Source: Sulfurimonadaceae bacterium
GTDB taxonomy: Bacteria; Campylobacterota; Campylobacteria; Campylobacterales; Sulfurimonadaceae
Assembly (NCBI GenBank): GCA_041548245.1
Contig: JBFESZ010000001.1
Coordinates: 57,216 to 121,215, forward strand
Direction: 5' to 3'
DNA: 64,000 nt
Below, piece after piece: positions 10,321 to 19,454 of this stretch. The notes below the pieces were generated by a model, which was not told where the DNA came from, made no database searches, and worked only from the letters and a program-made list of their open reading frames with translations. Numbering within the stretch: position 1 is the stretch's first letter; every line of letters starts with the position of its first letter. The translations under genes and the position numbers were made by a program.

Positions 10321-10563
10321 TTACAGTTTTCCCTGCTTGACCTGGGCCAAGATGACTGCCAATGTCACACCGTCATTTTCAGTACCATCTTCTATACAAG
10401 CTTCACATTTATTGCCTGCTGCAAGTTCATCAGACTCTATCCACTCCTGCACTGTTGTAATACCACTTGACTTTATAAACTCTACCGCTTCACCGATTGT
10501 AATATGATTGCATGAGCATAGAACCTTATCTTTTCTAAACAGATGCGAATATGGCATAGACAT
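10321..10563 (-). CDS. BFD-like [2Fe-2S]-binding protein
   Basis: LCSCNHIT...AGNKCEAC; start could be 10563 or 10557. Confidence 0.75.
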   Translation of the reverse strand: MSMPYSHLFRKDKVLCSCNHITIGEAVEFIKSSGITTVQEWIESDELAAGNKCEACIEDGTENDGVTLAVILAQVKQGKL

Positions 10564-10628
10564 TCCTTTTTTTCGCAATTATAACAAGTTTGCTATAATG
10601 CGCTAAAAATAATATTAAAGATATATAT

Positions 10629-11459
10629 ATGACAGTTGCAATTATCGGACTTGGACTTATGGGTGGTTCTTTAGCCCTGGCTATTAAAACACTACCTATG
10701 ATCACTAATATTGTAGGATTTGACCATAATAAGGAACATGAAAAGGAAGCTTTAAAACTTCGCCTTGTGGACAGCATTGTCTCATTTGAAGAGGTCAAAC
10801 AAGCAGATATCATCATATTGGCGATCCCTGTGGATGGTATTATCGCCTGCCTTAAAGATTTGCAAGGAGTTCCGGCCGAAACAACAATCATTGACCTTGG
10901 TTCAACTAAGGAAAAGATAGTCCAGTCTATTCCTTCTTCTCTCAGAAAGAATGTTGTCGCCGCCCACCCTATGACAGGGACAGAGAAGTTTGGCCCAAGC
11001 GCTGCCTTGGAAGATCTGTACAGGGACAAAGTCGTTGTCTTATGTAACATGGAAGCTTCTGGAGAGCATCAACAAGAAACAGCCGTTCGACTCTTTTCAC
11101 AAATTCATATGAAACTTGTCTATATGAAAGCTCATGAGCATGACCTTCATGTTGCCTTCATCTCGCATATGCCGCACCTTATCTCCTACTCTTTGGCTAA
11201 TGCCGTTCTTAAGCATGAAGAGCATGAGAATATTTTAAACCTTGCAGCTGGAGGATTTCGTTCAATGAGCCGTTTGGCAAAATCTTCACCCAATATGTGG
11301 GGCGATATCTTCCGCCAGAACAAAACCCATCTTTTAGACTCCCTTAGCTATTTTGAGCAAGAACTGGCACAGATGAAAAAACTGGTTCAAAATGAAGAGT
11401 GGGATAAACTAGATACCAAGATGAAAGATGCCAATACTTTGCACGATATCTTAAAGTAA
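10629..11459 (+). CDS. tyrA: Prephenate dehydrogenase
   Basis: GLGLMGGS, DLGSTK, HPMTGTE, HD...A.ISH.PH, GGFRSMSRLA. Confidence 0.95.
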   Translation: MTVAIIGLGLMGGSLALAIKTLPMITNIVGFDHNKEHEKEALKLRLVDSIVSFEEVKQADIIILAIPVDGIIACLKDLQGVPAETTIIDLGSTKEKIVQSIPSSLRKNVVAAHPMTGTEKFGPSAALEDLYRDKVVVLCNMEASGEHQQETAVRLFSQIHMKLVYMKAHEHDLHVAFISHMPHLISYSLANAVLKHEEHENILNLAAGGFRSMSRLAKSSPNMWGDIFRQNKTHLLDSLSYFEQELAQMKKLVQNEEWDKLDTKMKDANTLHDILK

Positions 11460-11464
11460 CCGGC

Positions 11465-11752
11465 CTAGCCTGAATATGCACCTGTAGCTTGAGCCTTCGC
11501 ATTAAGTGCCGTAAACTCACTCAATGAACTGCTAAGCCCTTTATCTGTTGAACTTGCAGCGACATTGACAGATGCACCGCTTGATAGCTGTGCTTTATAG
11601 TTTTGAGCATCTCTTTTGCTTTGATTTGTAGCATCAGCTATCGAGTTTACAGCTTCAGTTGTCTTCTCTTCTGCCTGAGCTAGGGGATCAGGCCTTCCTA
11701 GCTGTACAGGAGATGGATAAGGGGATTGAAATACATAAGATTCTACTTTCAT
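11465..11752 (-). CDS. Hypothetical protein
   Basis: 95-aa ORF with AGGAG RBS; N-terminal FQSPYPSPVQLGRPDP. Confidence 0.7.
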   Translation of the reverse strand: MKVESYVFQSPYPSPVQLGRPDPLAQAEEKTTEAVNSIADATNQSKRDAQNYKAQLSSGASVNVAASSTDKGLSSSLSEFTALNAKAQATGAYSG

Positions 11753-11828
11753 ACTCTCCTCCTGATTATGACTATCATAACAAACATAAAAAAAGAGTTT
11801 GCTTTTGTTTTGATATTAAATAAAAATT

Positions 11829-13283
11829 TTACTCCTGCACCCTTTTGACCATCTCTTGCAGTTTTTTCTTGTCAACAGGATGACTGGCGCCCTCGTAGAT
11901 ATTCTCAGAAAGCTTTTTAACCATCTCTTCTACATCACCATCATTGCCCATATGACTCATCAACAGCTGTAGGACATCTTTTGACTCTTTAACGGATACA
12001 CTCTTTTTCTTCTCTTTCTTTAGCAGAGTTTTCCATGGAATCATAGAAAAAACAACCCCTAGTACCATACCGCTTACAAACAGGAGTATACCTTCTATAT
12101 ATGTCAATGAACTCTGCTCATCATCCTGTACGGTGTCAACTCTCTCTTCAGCCCGTGCTATCTTGAGCTCTTCTTTCATTGAAGACGACGGATTAAGGAC
12201 TTTAATACTTATAGGCTCTGTCTTGATCGTCTTGACAGTATCCGTCTTTACATCCATATACTTAAGCTCAAAAGAGGGGATAATAAAATCATTTTCAGCC
12301 ACAAGTGCCAACTTTTGGACAAAAGAACCGAAATATTTCCCCTCTTGAAGATAATGTGACGCCGTTGGATCTTCTTTAAAGACTTGTGCTCCATCAATGT
12401 GTATATCAAAAGCCTCTATGTCTTCAATATTGGCTTTTCCTTCAACTTTAAGCGTAACATTGACCGCTTCACCCGCATTGACCTCTCTTTGATTGACACT
12501 GATGTCGATATCCATCTCGCCCACAAGTGTAATCGCTTCAGGAAGCGCTTTGACCTCTATATCAAGTTCATTGGAAAAGACTGTTCTTGTCTTTGTCGTT
12601 GCCAGCCATGTACCCCAGTAGTCTTTTGATTGACTTCGCACTTTTACATCCCAGCGCAAGGGTCCTAACGAGAGTTTTCCACTCTGCTGTGCAGCCATAG
12701 CATACTGGTTCTTTCGTATGGCATACTCATCTTGTACAAAAGGTTTTCCTTTCTCTTCACTTTTTACCCAGATGTTTTTGTTCTCCGGCAAAGAGATCGA
12801 TTCAGCCAATGCCTCGATATTACGACGTACTTTAAAATCCACTTTCACCTCAAACGGTTCACCGACATAAACAGATTGTTTATCGGTCGCAAGCTTCACG
12901 ATAAAAGGATCATTCTTTGAAATCGCCATCTTCGAAACAGTAATGTTGATCGGATTGGTCATCTCCTCTTTGCCATTGACGATAACAGGAAACGGTTCAA
13001 TCACACAAGATTGTTCCGGCATAAACTCATACATCACCGAGTGTTCTTGAACACGTTTTCCATTGCTGAAAACCTCTTTACGGCTTTGCATCCTTCCTTC
13101 AATGCTGTAACCGCAAAGCTCATTCAACGGAGGGACTTCGATCTCACCTGCTCCCGAAATATGTAACGTCAGTGTAATACGTTCGCCTCTGGTTATCTGC
13201 TCTTTATCTACACTTACTCTGACCTCAGCCCATAAGGGAAGGCTGATTAAAAAAAACAGAATCATCTTACCAAGGTTTTTCAT
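11829..13283 (-). CDS. batD: BatD-family protein (set 1)
   Basis: Signal peptide from ATG 13283, repeated Ig-like V..GE modules, C-terminal TM helix; in a MoxR operon. Confidence 0.85.
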   Translation of the reverse strand: MKNLGKMILFFLISLPLWAEVRVSVDKEQITRGERITLTLHISGAGEIEVPPLNELCGYSIEGRMQSRKEVFSNGKRVQEHSVMYEFMPEQSCVIEPFPVIVNGKEEMTNPINITVSKMAISKNDPFIVKLATDKQSVYVGEPFEVKVDFKVRRNIEALAESISLPENKNIWVKSEEKGKPFVQDEYAIRKNQYAMAAQQSGKLSLGPLRWDVKVRSQSKDYWGTWLATTKTRTVFSNELDIEVKALPEAITLVGEMDIDISVNQREVNAGEAVNVTLKVEGKANIEDIEAFDIHIDGAQVFKEDPTASHYLQEGKYFGSFVQKLALVAENDFIIPSFELKYMDVKTDTVKTIKTEPISIKVLNPSSSMKEELKIARAEERVDTVQDDEQSSLTYIEGILLFVSGMVLGVVFSMIPWKTLLKKEKKKSVSVKESKDVLQLLMSHMGNDGDVEEMVKKLSENIYEGASHPVDKKKLQEMVKRVQE

Positions 13284-15138
13284 TTGTATCCTCTTCATGC
13301 TCACTCTCTTGTATTTTATACAGATGACCTTTTTGAGACTCCTGGATCATCTTGAACCATTTCTTTGCTTCAAGTTCACTCATTTTCTTCATATTGACCG
13401 GAACAGCTGTTCCGGCTTCCTGCTCGGACTCTGTCCCCTCTTCACCCTTGTTCTCTTGTGACTTCTGTTCCTGCTCTTCTTGATGTTGATTTTTTACTTT
13501 ATCTTGAACATCCTGCGCTTTGTCACTGCTCTTATTTTCTTCATCTTGATCAGGTTTTTGTTGTTTATCTTGCTTGGAAGTACTTCTATTCTCTTCTGTA
13601 TTATCCGTTCTCTGCTTATCTTTCTCTTTTGCTGAGCTCTTCTTCTGAGAACTTTTCTCTCCATTCGAATCATCCTTCTGTGAAGCCTCTTTACTTTGAT
13701 CAGACTTGTTGTCTTGATCTTTTGTATCTTTGTTATCTCTATTCTCTTGCTGCTCCTGCTCTTGTTCCAAGAGTTTTTTTACAGCCTCATAGTTCTCTCT
13801 TGTCTCTTTGTCTTCATGAAGTTCAAGTGCTTTTTCAAATGCTTGCAAAGCTTCTTTGTACTGCTTGAGTTTCACCAGTGTGTTGCCTCTGTTATGCAAG
13901 ACCTTTGCCTGGAACTCTGGCTTGTTTGATTGGATCTTATTATATACCTGGAGAGCTTTTTCATACTCATTCGATTTATAAAGGCTGTTGGCAAGATTAT
14001 AGTTTGCTTCAGAAGATTGTTCTGAAAATCTCTCATAGATAGAAGCACTTGTATTGTACTCTTTCTGTTCATAAGCCTCTTTTGCACTCCTTAGGTCTTT
14101 GAAGTCCAAAAGCCCTGCTTTGGCATCATCACCCCCTATGAAAACCAATCCTGCGATCAGAATCGTTTTGATCGTTCTTTGAGGTAATGATGAAAAAGCC
14201 AATAGAACAAAAAGTGTTGCCAGAGCCAAAGGGTAATAAAAGAGCTGTGTGTATTGAGGGATGGTCTCTTTTTTGAGCGTCGCTTTTTCTGTGATCGACT
14301 CGATCTCTTTTAGCATCGTGTTGATATCACCATCTCCCAATACAGATTCAATATAGACTCCGCCTGTCTGCGTGGCCAGAGTCTTGATCTGAGGGTTTAA
14401 TTTGGAGATTAAGATATTTCCATTTTGTTTGACAAACCCGCCTTCACTGTTTCGTACAGGGCTTCCCTTTGGAGACCCTATACCGATAATAAAGACTCTT
14501 AGGCCATTCTCTTTAGCCAACGCTATCTCTTTTTCAAACCCTGCACTGTCACCTCCGTCGGTAAAAAGCAGAAGGTTCTTCTGCGCGGCATGTTCAAGCA
14601 TACTGATAGCTGAAGCTAACATCGAATCAAGATGCGTTCCCTTTTCTGTGATATTGCCTGTACTCACCTTGGAGAGTAAAAAGGCCACTGAGCTATGATC
14701 AAAACTCAAAGGAGAGACGATATAGTCATGCTTGGCAAAGGCGAGTACACCGATGCGATTATGCGGAGCTTTTTTAATCAGCTCTATCGCTTTATTTTTA
14801 GCGAATTCAAGACGGTTGGGATACCTATCTTCCGCCTTCATCGAATCAGATATGTCAATACCAATCAAGATATCTGCACTTTTGGCTTCGACAACGACCT
14901 CTCCCTCCTTTATGACAGGCTGAGCCAGTGCGATGATCATAAACACAAAGGCAGTCAAATAGAGTGTATTTCTTGATGTTCTGCTTAGACTTTTACTCTC
15001 AGAGCGAAGTTTTTCTAGAACATCCGTCTCGAACATCGACCAGTTCTTTTTAGCACCCGTCATTATAAAATAAAAGAGTATCAAGGTCAGTGGCAGCAAC
15101 AAATAGATGAATAGTGGATATAAAAAGCTCATCCCCAT
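13267..15138 (-). CDS. VWA + TPR protein, BatB/BatC-like (set 1)
   Basis: MIDAS DISDS...TDGG, TPR YNLAN/HNRGN, Q/E/K-rich linker, C-terminal PW. Confidence 0.88.
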   Translation of the reverse strand: MGMSFLYPLFIYLLLPLTLILFYFIMTGAKKNWSMFETDVLEKLRSESKSLSRTSRNTLYLTAFVFMIIALAQPVIKEGEVVVEAKSADILIGIDISDSMKAEDRYPNRLEFAKNKAIELIKKAPHNRIGVLAFAKHDYIVSPLSFDHSSVAFLLSKVSTGNITEKGTHLDSMLASAISMLEHAAQKNLLLFTDGGDSAGFEKEIALAKENGLRVFIIGIGSPKGSPVRNSEGGFVKQNGNILISKLNPQIKTLATQTGGVYIESVLGDGDINTMLKEIESITEKATLKKETIPQYTQLFYYPLALATLFVLLAFSSLPQRTIKTILIAGLVFIGGDDAKAGLLDFKDLRSAKEAYEQKEYNTSASIYERFSEQSSEANYNLANSLYKSNEYEKALQVYNKIQSNKPEFQAKVLHNRGNTLVKLKQYKEALQAFEKALELHEDKETRENYEAVKKLLEQEQEQQENRDNKDTKDQDNKSDQSKEASQKDDSNGEKSSQKKSSAKEKDKQRTDNTEENRSTSKQDKQQKPDQDEENKSSDKAQDVQDKVKNQHQEEQEQKSQENKGEEGTESEQEAGTAVPVNMKKMSELEAKKWFKMIQESQKGHLYKIQESEHEEDTNEKPW

Positions 15139-16040
15139 CCCTTTTTTGAACGAATTACGAGGTATAAAAGAAGACTCATCAAAGAGACAAAAAGGAAATA
15201 GAGGTAATAATACGTTTTATGCAGATACTTTTCACCTTTTAACTCCGACTTTTCCAAGCGGTTAATTTCTTCATATACCCCTTCAAGCTGCTGTGCCGAA
15301 TAGGCGTAAAAATACCTACCACCCGTCTCCTCAGCAATAGCCGCAAGTGTTCCTTCTGAAAACTCTCCCGGACGACCGATTCCGATAGTATATATCTTTA
15401 CACCTTCTCTTTGTGCCAATGCAATAGCCGCGTCATAAGGGATATTGCCTGCTGTATTTTGCCCGTCAGTCAAGAGAATTGCTATTTTACTTTTGGCCTC
15501 ATTTTCCTGCATCAATGTCAATGACTGTGCAATTGCATCGTAGATAGCGGTATTCTTCCCTGCTACTCCAATATAGAGCTGGCGAAGCAGTTTTGAAAGA
15601 ATATGTTTATCATAGGTAATAGGGGAAGCAACAAAGGCGTAAGAACCAAAGACGATCATGCCCAGATTATCGTTGGTCCGTTTTTGAATAAAATCATCTA
15701 CGATATCCTGGACCACATTAAAGCGATTCTTTTGCAGGTTGTTTTCATCAAATCCCTGAATACGCATGGATTGGCTTGCATCAAGCAGTAAAACAATATC
15801 GTGCCCCTCTCGCGGGTCCAGTTCGATCTCTCTTTCACTGTAAGGCGATGCCAACGCGACAAGCAGTGTCACTATGCCAAGCCATTTTAAAAAGAACAGC
15901 AGATACGATGGCGTCATTGAAGAAGACCCCAATAATTCCATATGCGGGAAAAGAAGCGTCTCGTGACGTTGTTTACAATAGTAGGAACAAAGGATAAAGA
16001 GGAAGAGTAGAGCTAACAGATACGGAAACTCAAGATGCAT
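15129..16040 (-). CDS. batA: VWA domain protein, BatA-like (set 1)
   Basis: N-terminal BatA TM segment, DASQS MIDAS, TAIYDA, LLTDG. Confidence 0.88.
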   Translation of the reverse strand: MHLEFPYLLALLFLFILCSYYCKQRHETLLFPHMELLGSSSMTPSYLLFFLKWLGIVTLLVALASPYSEREIELDPREGHDIVLLLDASQSMRIQGFDENNLQKNRFNVVQDIVDDFIQKRTNDNLGMIVFGSYAFVASPITYDKHILSKLLRQLYIGVAGKNTAIYDAIAQSLTLMQENEAKSKIAILLTDGQNTAGNIPYDAAIALAQREGVKIYTIGIGRPGEFSEGTLAAIAEETGGRYFYAYSAQQLEGVYEEINRLEKSELKGEKYLHKTYYYLYFLFVSLMSLLLYLVIRSKKGWG

Positions 16041-16425
16041 CCAGAACCTCTAAGAATAGTCTGTAATATCCCAATGTCTCATCATCCAAAGGATTCACAT
16101 CCTTTTTATATTTGTATTGGTTTAAACGGCTATCAAGATTCTCAAGCATATCCACGGCTCTCTCATCTTCAGCCAAAAGCCTTCCGTAATAACTGATTTC
16201 GTACGCTGCTTCTTTTGCGTTCGACATGTCAATATTACGAAGCTTCTCAAGGTAGCTTTTGCGCAGGTTCTCACCTTTACTCCGTTGATATACTCTGAAT
16301 ATCCACAGTCCTAGTAGCGTAAGGATTAAAAGAAGGACCATACCTAAAGCTATCAGAAAATAGAGTGAGTAATCCGGGACTTCCACCAGAGGTTTGATAT
16401 CATGCAAAGGGATGTCTTTCATCAT
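16030..16425 (-). CDS. Small membrane protein of the MoxR/Bat operon (DUF4381-like)
   Basis: LHDIKP motif followed by one TM helix; between DUF58 and VWA genes. Confidence 0.7.
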   Translation of the reverse strand: MMKDIPLHDIKPLVEVPDYSLYFLIALGMVLLLILTLLGLWIFRVYQRSKGENLRKSYLEKLRNIDMSNAKEAAYEISYYGRLLAEDERAVDMLENLDSRLNQYKYKKDVNPLDDETLGYYRLFLEVLDAS

Positions 16426-17255
16426 ACGTTTCCTTCAAACAGCCGTCTTAACTTGACAATGGGAGCTTCATCCGTATATATCTTTACAAAACGGACTTGA
16501 TCCTTTCGCAGTCTTTCATATAGCCTATGATCATGCTCTGCGACCTTCGCCTCATAAGCCTTCATCGTAGAACCGTTGAAATCACCTTCAAGCTCTGCTC
16601 CGCTTTCAGGATCCTGCAGTGTAGAGAAGCCAAATGCAGGAGGATGCTCTTCCAAGCGGTCACGCACAATGATGGCAATGACTTCATGTTTACGAGCAAG
16701 TACCTTAAAGTCGGGAAGGTCAAAATAGTCTGCAATGACAATAATCAGTGATTTTCGTTTCAGACGCTTCATCAGATACGCTGTCATCTGCTTATAGTCT
16801 GCTTTTTTATGCAATGCGTCAAAATTCAAAATATCATTGACCAGGCTCTGTACGGCATGGATCTTCTTGGTAGGACGGTTTTCCTGGTAGAATGTATCAG
16901 CAAAGAGATAGGAGCTGAACAAATCACCGTTTCCGATCGCTGAAAACGAGAGCATAGCCGTGATCTCGGCAATAAGTTCCTGCTTGAACTTCTTTGAGCC
17001 AAAGTGCACTGAACCATTGAGCATGGCTGCCAATACAATATTGAGCTCACGTTCTTCTTTGAATACCTTGATATAGGGCTGCTGTTTCTTAGCCGTAATG
17101 TTCCAGTCTATATGTCGGATATCGTCTCCGGGCATATATTCCCGCAACTCTATAAAATCATAACCTTCTCCCTGAAAGATAGAAGGGTTGTTGCCAATAA
17201 GTTCAGAGAAGACCTGACGGCGGGCTCGAACCAATATCTTTTTCAGTTTTGACAT
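16422..17255 (-). CDS. DUF58 domain protein
   Basis: G.G.DF.ELREY.PGDDIRHIDWN.TA. Confidence 0.93.
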   Translation of the reverse strand: MSKLKKILVRARRQVFSELIGNNPSIFQGEGYDFIELREYMPGDDIRHIDWNITAKKQQPYIKVFKEERELNIVLAAMLNGSVHFGSKKFKQELIAEITAMLSFSAIGNGDLFSSYLFADTFYQENRPTKKIHAVQSLVNDILNFDALHKKADYKQMTAYLMKRLKRKSLIIVIADYFDLPDFKVLARKHEVIAIIVRDRLEEHPPAFGFSTLQDPESGAELEGDFNGSTMKAYEAKVAEHDHRLYERLRKDQVRFVKIYTDEAPIVKLRRLFEGNV

Positions 17256-17267
17256 AGGCTACTTTTC

Positions 17268-18215
17268 TTATGGTATTGCAACAGTCTGTACGATTTTATC
17301 GATCACCTCATCACTTGTGACCCCCTCTGCTTCGGCCTCGTATGAGAGAATGATACGGTGGCGCATCACCTCTTTGATGATGTAAGCGATATCAACAGGA
17401 GAGACATAGTCTTTTCCACGCAAGAATGCCATCGCTTTAACCGCTTTGAAAATATCAATACTCACACGAGGGCTCGCCCCAAAATGCAGATAATCAGCAA
17501 TATCATCCAGTCCATATGCCTTAGGATCACGCGTTGCCGATACCAGTTCGATCATGTACGTTTCCACTTCAGGATCCATATGCACAGCAGCAACCTCTTT
17601 TTTTAGCTCTTCCAACTCGGCAATGGAAATAACTGCATTGACTTTCTCATTGGTCTTGTTTGAGATGCGACGGGCGATCTCCAGTTCTTCCTCTTTCGTG
17701 TTATAGCCGACAACAAGTTTCATCATAAAACGATCCAGCTGTGCTTCAGGCAACTGATATACTCCCTCTTGCTCAACAGGGTTCTGTGTCGCCATAACAA
17801 AAAACGGAGGTTCAAGCTGAAAAGACTCTTCTCCGATGGTCACCTGCTTCTCCTGCATCACTTCAAGCAGAGCCGACTGAACTTTTGCCGGAGCACGGTT
17901 GATCTCATCAGCAAGCAAAAGATTAGTAAAGACAGGACCGTGCTTGATCTTGAACTCATTTTTTTGAGGGTCATAGATCTCGGCACCCAAGATATCAGAA
18001 GGAAGTAAGTCGGGTGTAAACTGTACCCTTTTAAAACCAAGTCCCAAAGCAGACGAGAGTGCTTTGACCGTTGTTGTCTTTGCTAATCCGGGAATACCTT
18101 CAATCAGTATATGGCCTTCGCATAAAAGTCCTATCAAAAGACCGTCTATCATCTTCTCTTGGCCAATAACAACTTTGGCTACCTCATTTTTAATAGCAAT
18201 GATTTTTTCATTCAT
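17268..18215 (-). CDS. moxR: MoxR-family AAA+ ATPase
   Basis: GIPGLAKT, RVQFTPDLLPSD, DEINRAPAKVQSALLE, ATQNPVEQEG.Y.LPEAQLDRF. Confidence 0.96.
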   Translation of the reverse strand: MNEKIIAIKNEVAKVVIGQEKMIDGLLIGLLCEGHILIEGIPGLAKTTTVKALSSALGLGFKRVQFTPDLLPSDILGAEIYDPQKNEFKIKHGPVFTNLLLADEINRAPAKVQSALLEVMQEKQVTIGEESFQLEPPFFVMATQNPVEQEGVYQLPEAQLDRFMMKLVVGYNTKEEELEIARRISNKTNEKVNAVISIAELEELKKEVAAVHMDPEVETYMIELVSATRDPKAYGLDDIADYLHFGASPRVSIDIFKAVKAMAFLRGKDYVSPVDIAYIIKEVMRHRIILSYEAEAEGVTSDEVIDKIVQTVAIP

Positions 18216-18341
18216 GTTATCTCTATCCTAACGCATCTTTTTATTCAAGATATTATAGCAGGTCAATATAAGTCTTCTTATGCCCTGCTCGATTTTGGGC
18301 AGATGCTATGTTCTTCATGTGTAAAAAAAGTGTGAACTCTC

Positions 18342-19454
18342 TCACAGCTTGGCCAAGGCACTCTTTTTAACCTCTGAAAGCACAATAGCGTCACCTTTAT
18401 ACACAGCGGCCTCCAACACTCCAATCTCTTTTGAAAACAGTCCCTTATCACATACAATCAAAAGTTCTAAAAGCTCCTTGGCCGTCTTAGCCTCTTTAAG
18501 TTTTTTGCCATTCTCTCTTCTTGGTGTCCTTTCTGGTAAACGCACCAGTTTTGCCACAACAAACCCGCAGATAAAGCTTAGCAGATAATAGACATACTCT
18601 GTATATACACTGATATCGATCTTCTGTGAAGGCAGGTCTACCTTATCGACAAGATCTTCACGCTGCATCCCCACCTTGTTGATGCTCACATGGATAGCCT
18701 TACTTTTCAAGACTTTCTCCTCTTGTGCCTCTAGATCAAAATATGGGATTGATATGGCAGGGATGACAAAATCATCTTGGGCTACAAAGGCAAAACGTTG
18801 TCTCCATGTCCCTGTATACCCCTGCTTGCCAAGAGCATACTCTTTTTCGGGTTCGTCACTGAAAACTTCAACCTTATCAATCTCAAACTTGATCGCTTCG
18901 AGTGCCTGAAGGTTTCCTTCCCCTTGGATAAAGACTTCCAAATGCACCGGTTCATAAGCAGAGGCCGTCTGGATATCATTCTTGACCTCCATACTCAACC
19001 TACCGGTCAAAGAGGACTCCGTCGGCATGACAGTGACGGGAATCGGGTCTATCTTGGCTCGCTCTTTTTGCATTTCAAGATCATTGACATTATCCCGTCC
19101 AATGATCACATTATTGATCGCACTTTGTGTGGTAAAGAGCATCGTCGGTTCAAGCTTGAGACTGAACTCTCCTGCTTCTTTGGCAAAAAGCAGATACTCA
19201 TAGGTAATAATCTGAATGTCACCCTCAAAATGTTTAGTCTCAGAGAGCAGTTTAAAGCCAAATCCCGAATCAGCCGGGGGAATGAATTCAACCTCATCAT
19301 TCTTGCCATCTTTATCAAATCGGCACTGCATCGTTAAGCTTGTCGCCTGATTAAGATAGATCTGCTTGTCTCTTAATTGCACATCCCATTCATAAGTGCT
19401 TTTCGCCCATAGACTAAGACCCAACAGTAAAAGGCTACCAAGGATTTTCTTCAT
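18342..19454 (-). CDS. BatD-family protein (set 2, shorter)
   Basis: Signal peptide, A.EPV...V...GEGNL module homologous to set 1, C-terminal TM helix. Confidence 0.75.
   Translation of the reverse strand: MKKILGSLLLLGLSLWAKSTYEWDVQLRDKQIYLNQATSLTMQCRFDKDGKNDEVEFIPPADSGFGFKLLSETKHFEGDIQIITYEYLLFAKEAGEFSLKLEPTMLFTTQSAINNVIIGRDNVNDLEMQKERAKIDPIPVTVMPTESSLTGRLSMEVKNDIQTASAYEPVHLEVFIQGEGNLQALEAIKFEIDKVEVFSDEPEKEYALGKQGYTGTWRQRFAFVAQDDFVIPAISIPYFDLEAQEEKVLKSKAIHVSINKVGMQREDLVDKVDLPSQKIDISVYTEYVYYLLSFICGFVVAKLVRLPERTPRRENGKKLKEAKTAKELLELLIVCDKGLFSKEIGVLEAAVYKGDAIVLSEVKKSALAKL

Noticed and set aside
13400-13780. Low-complexity CT-rich tract
   Set aside because: It encodes the usual Q/E/K/D-rich linker of BatC-type TPR proteins and is not a DNA repeat element.
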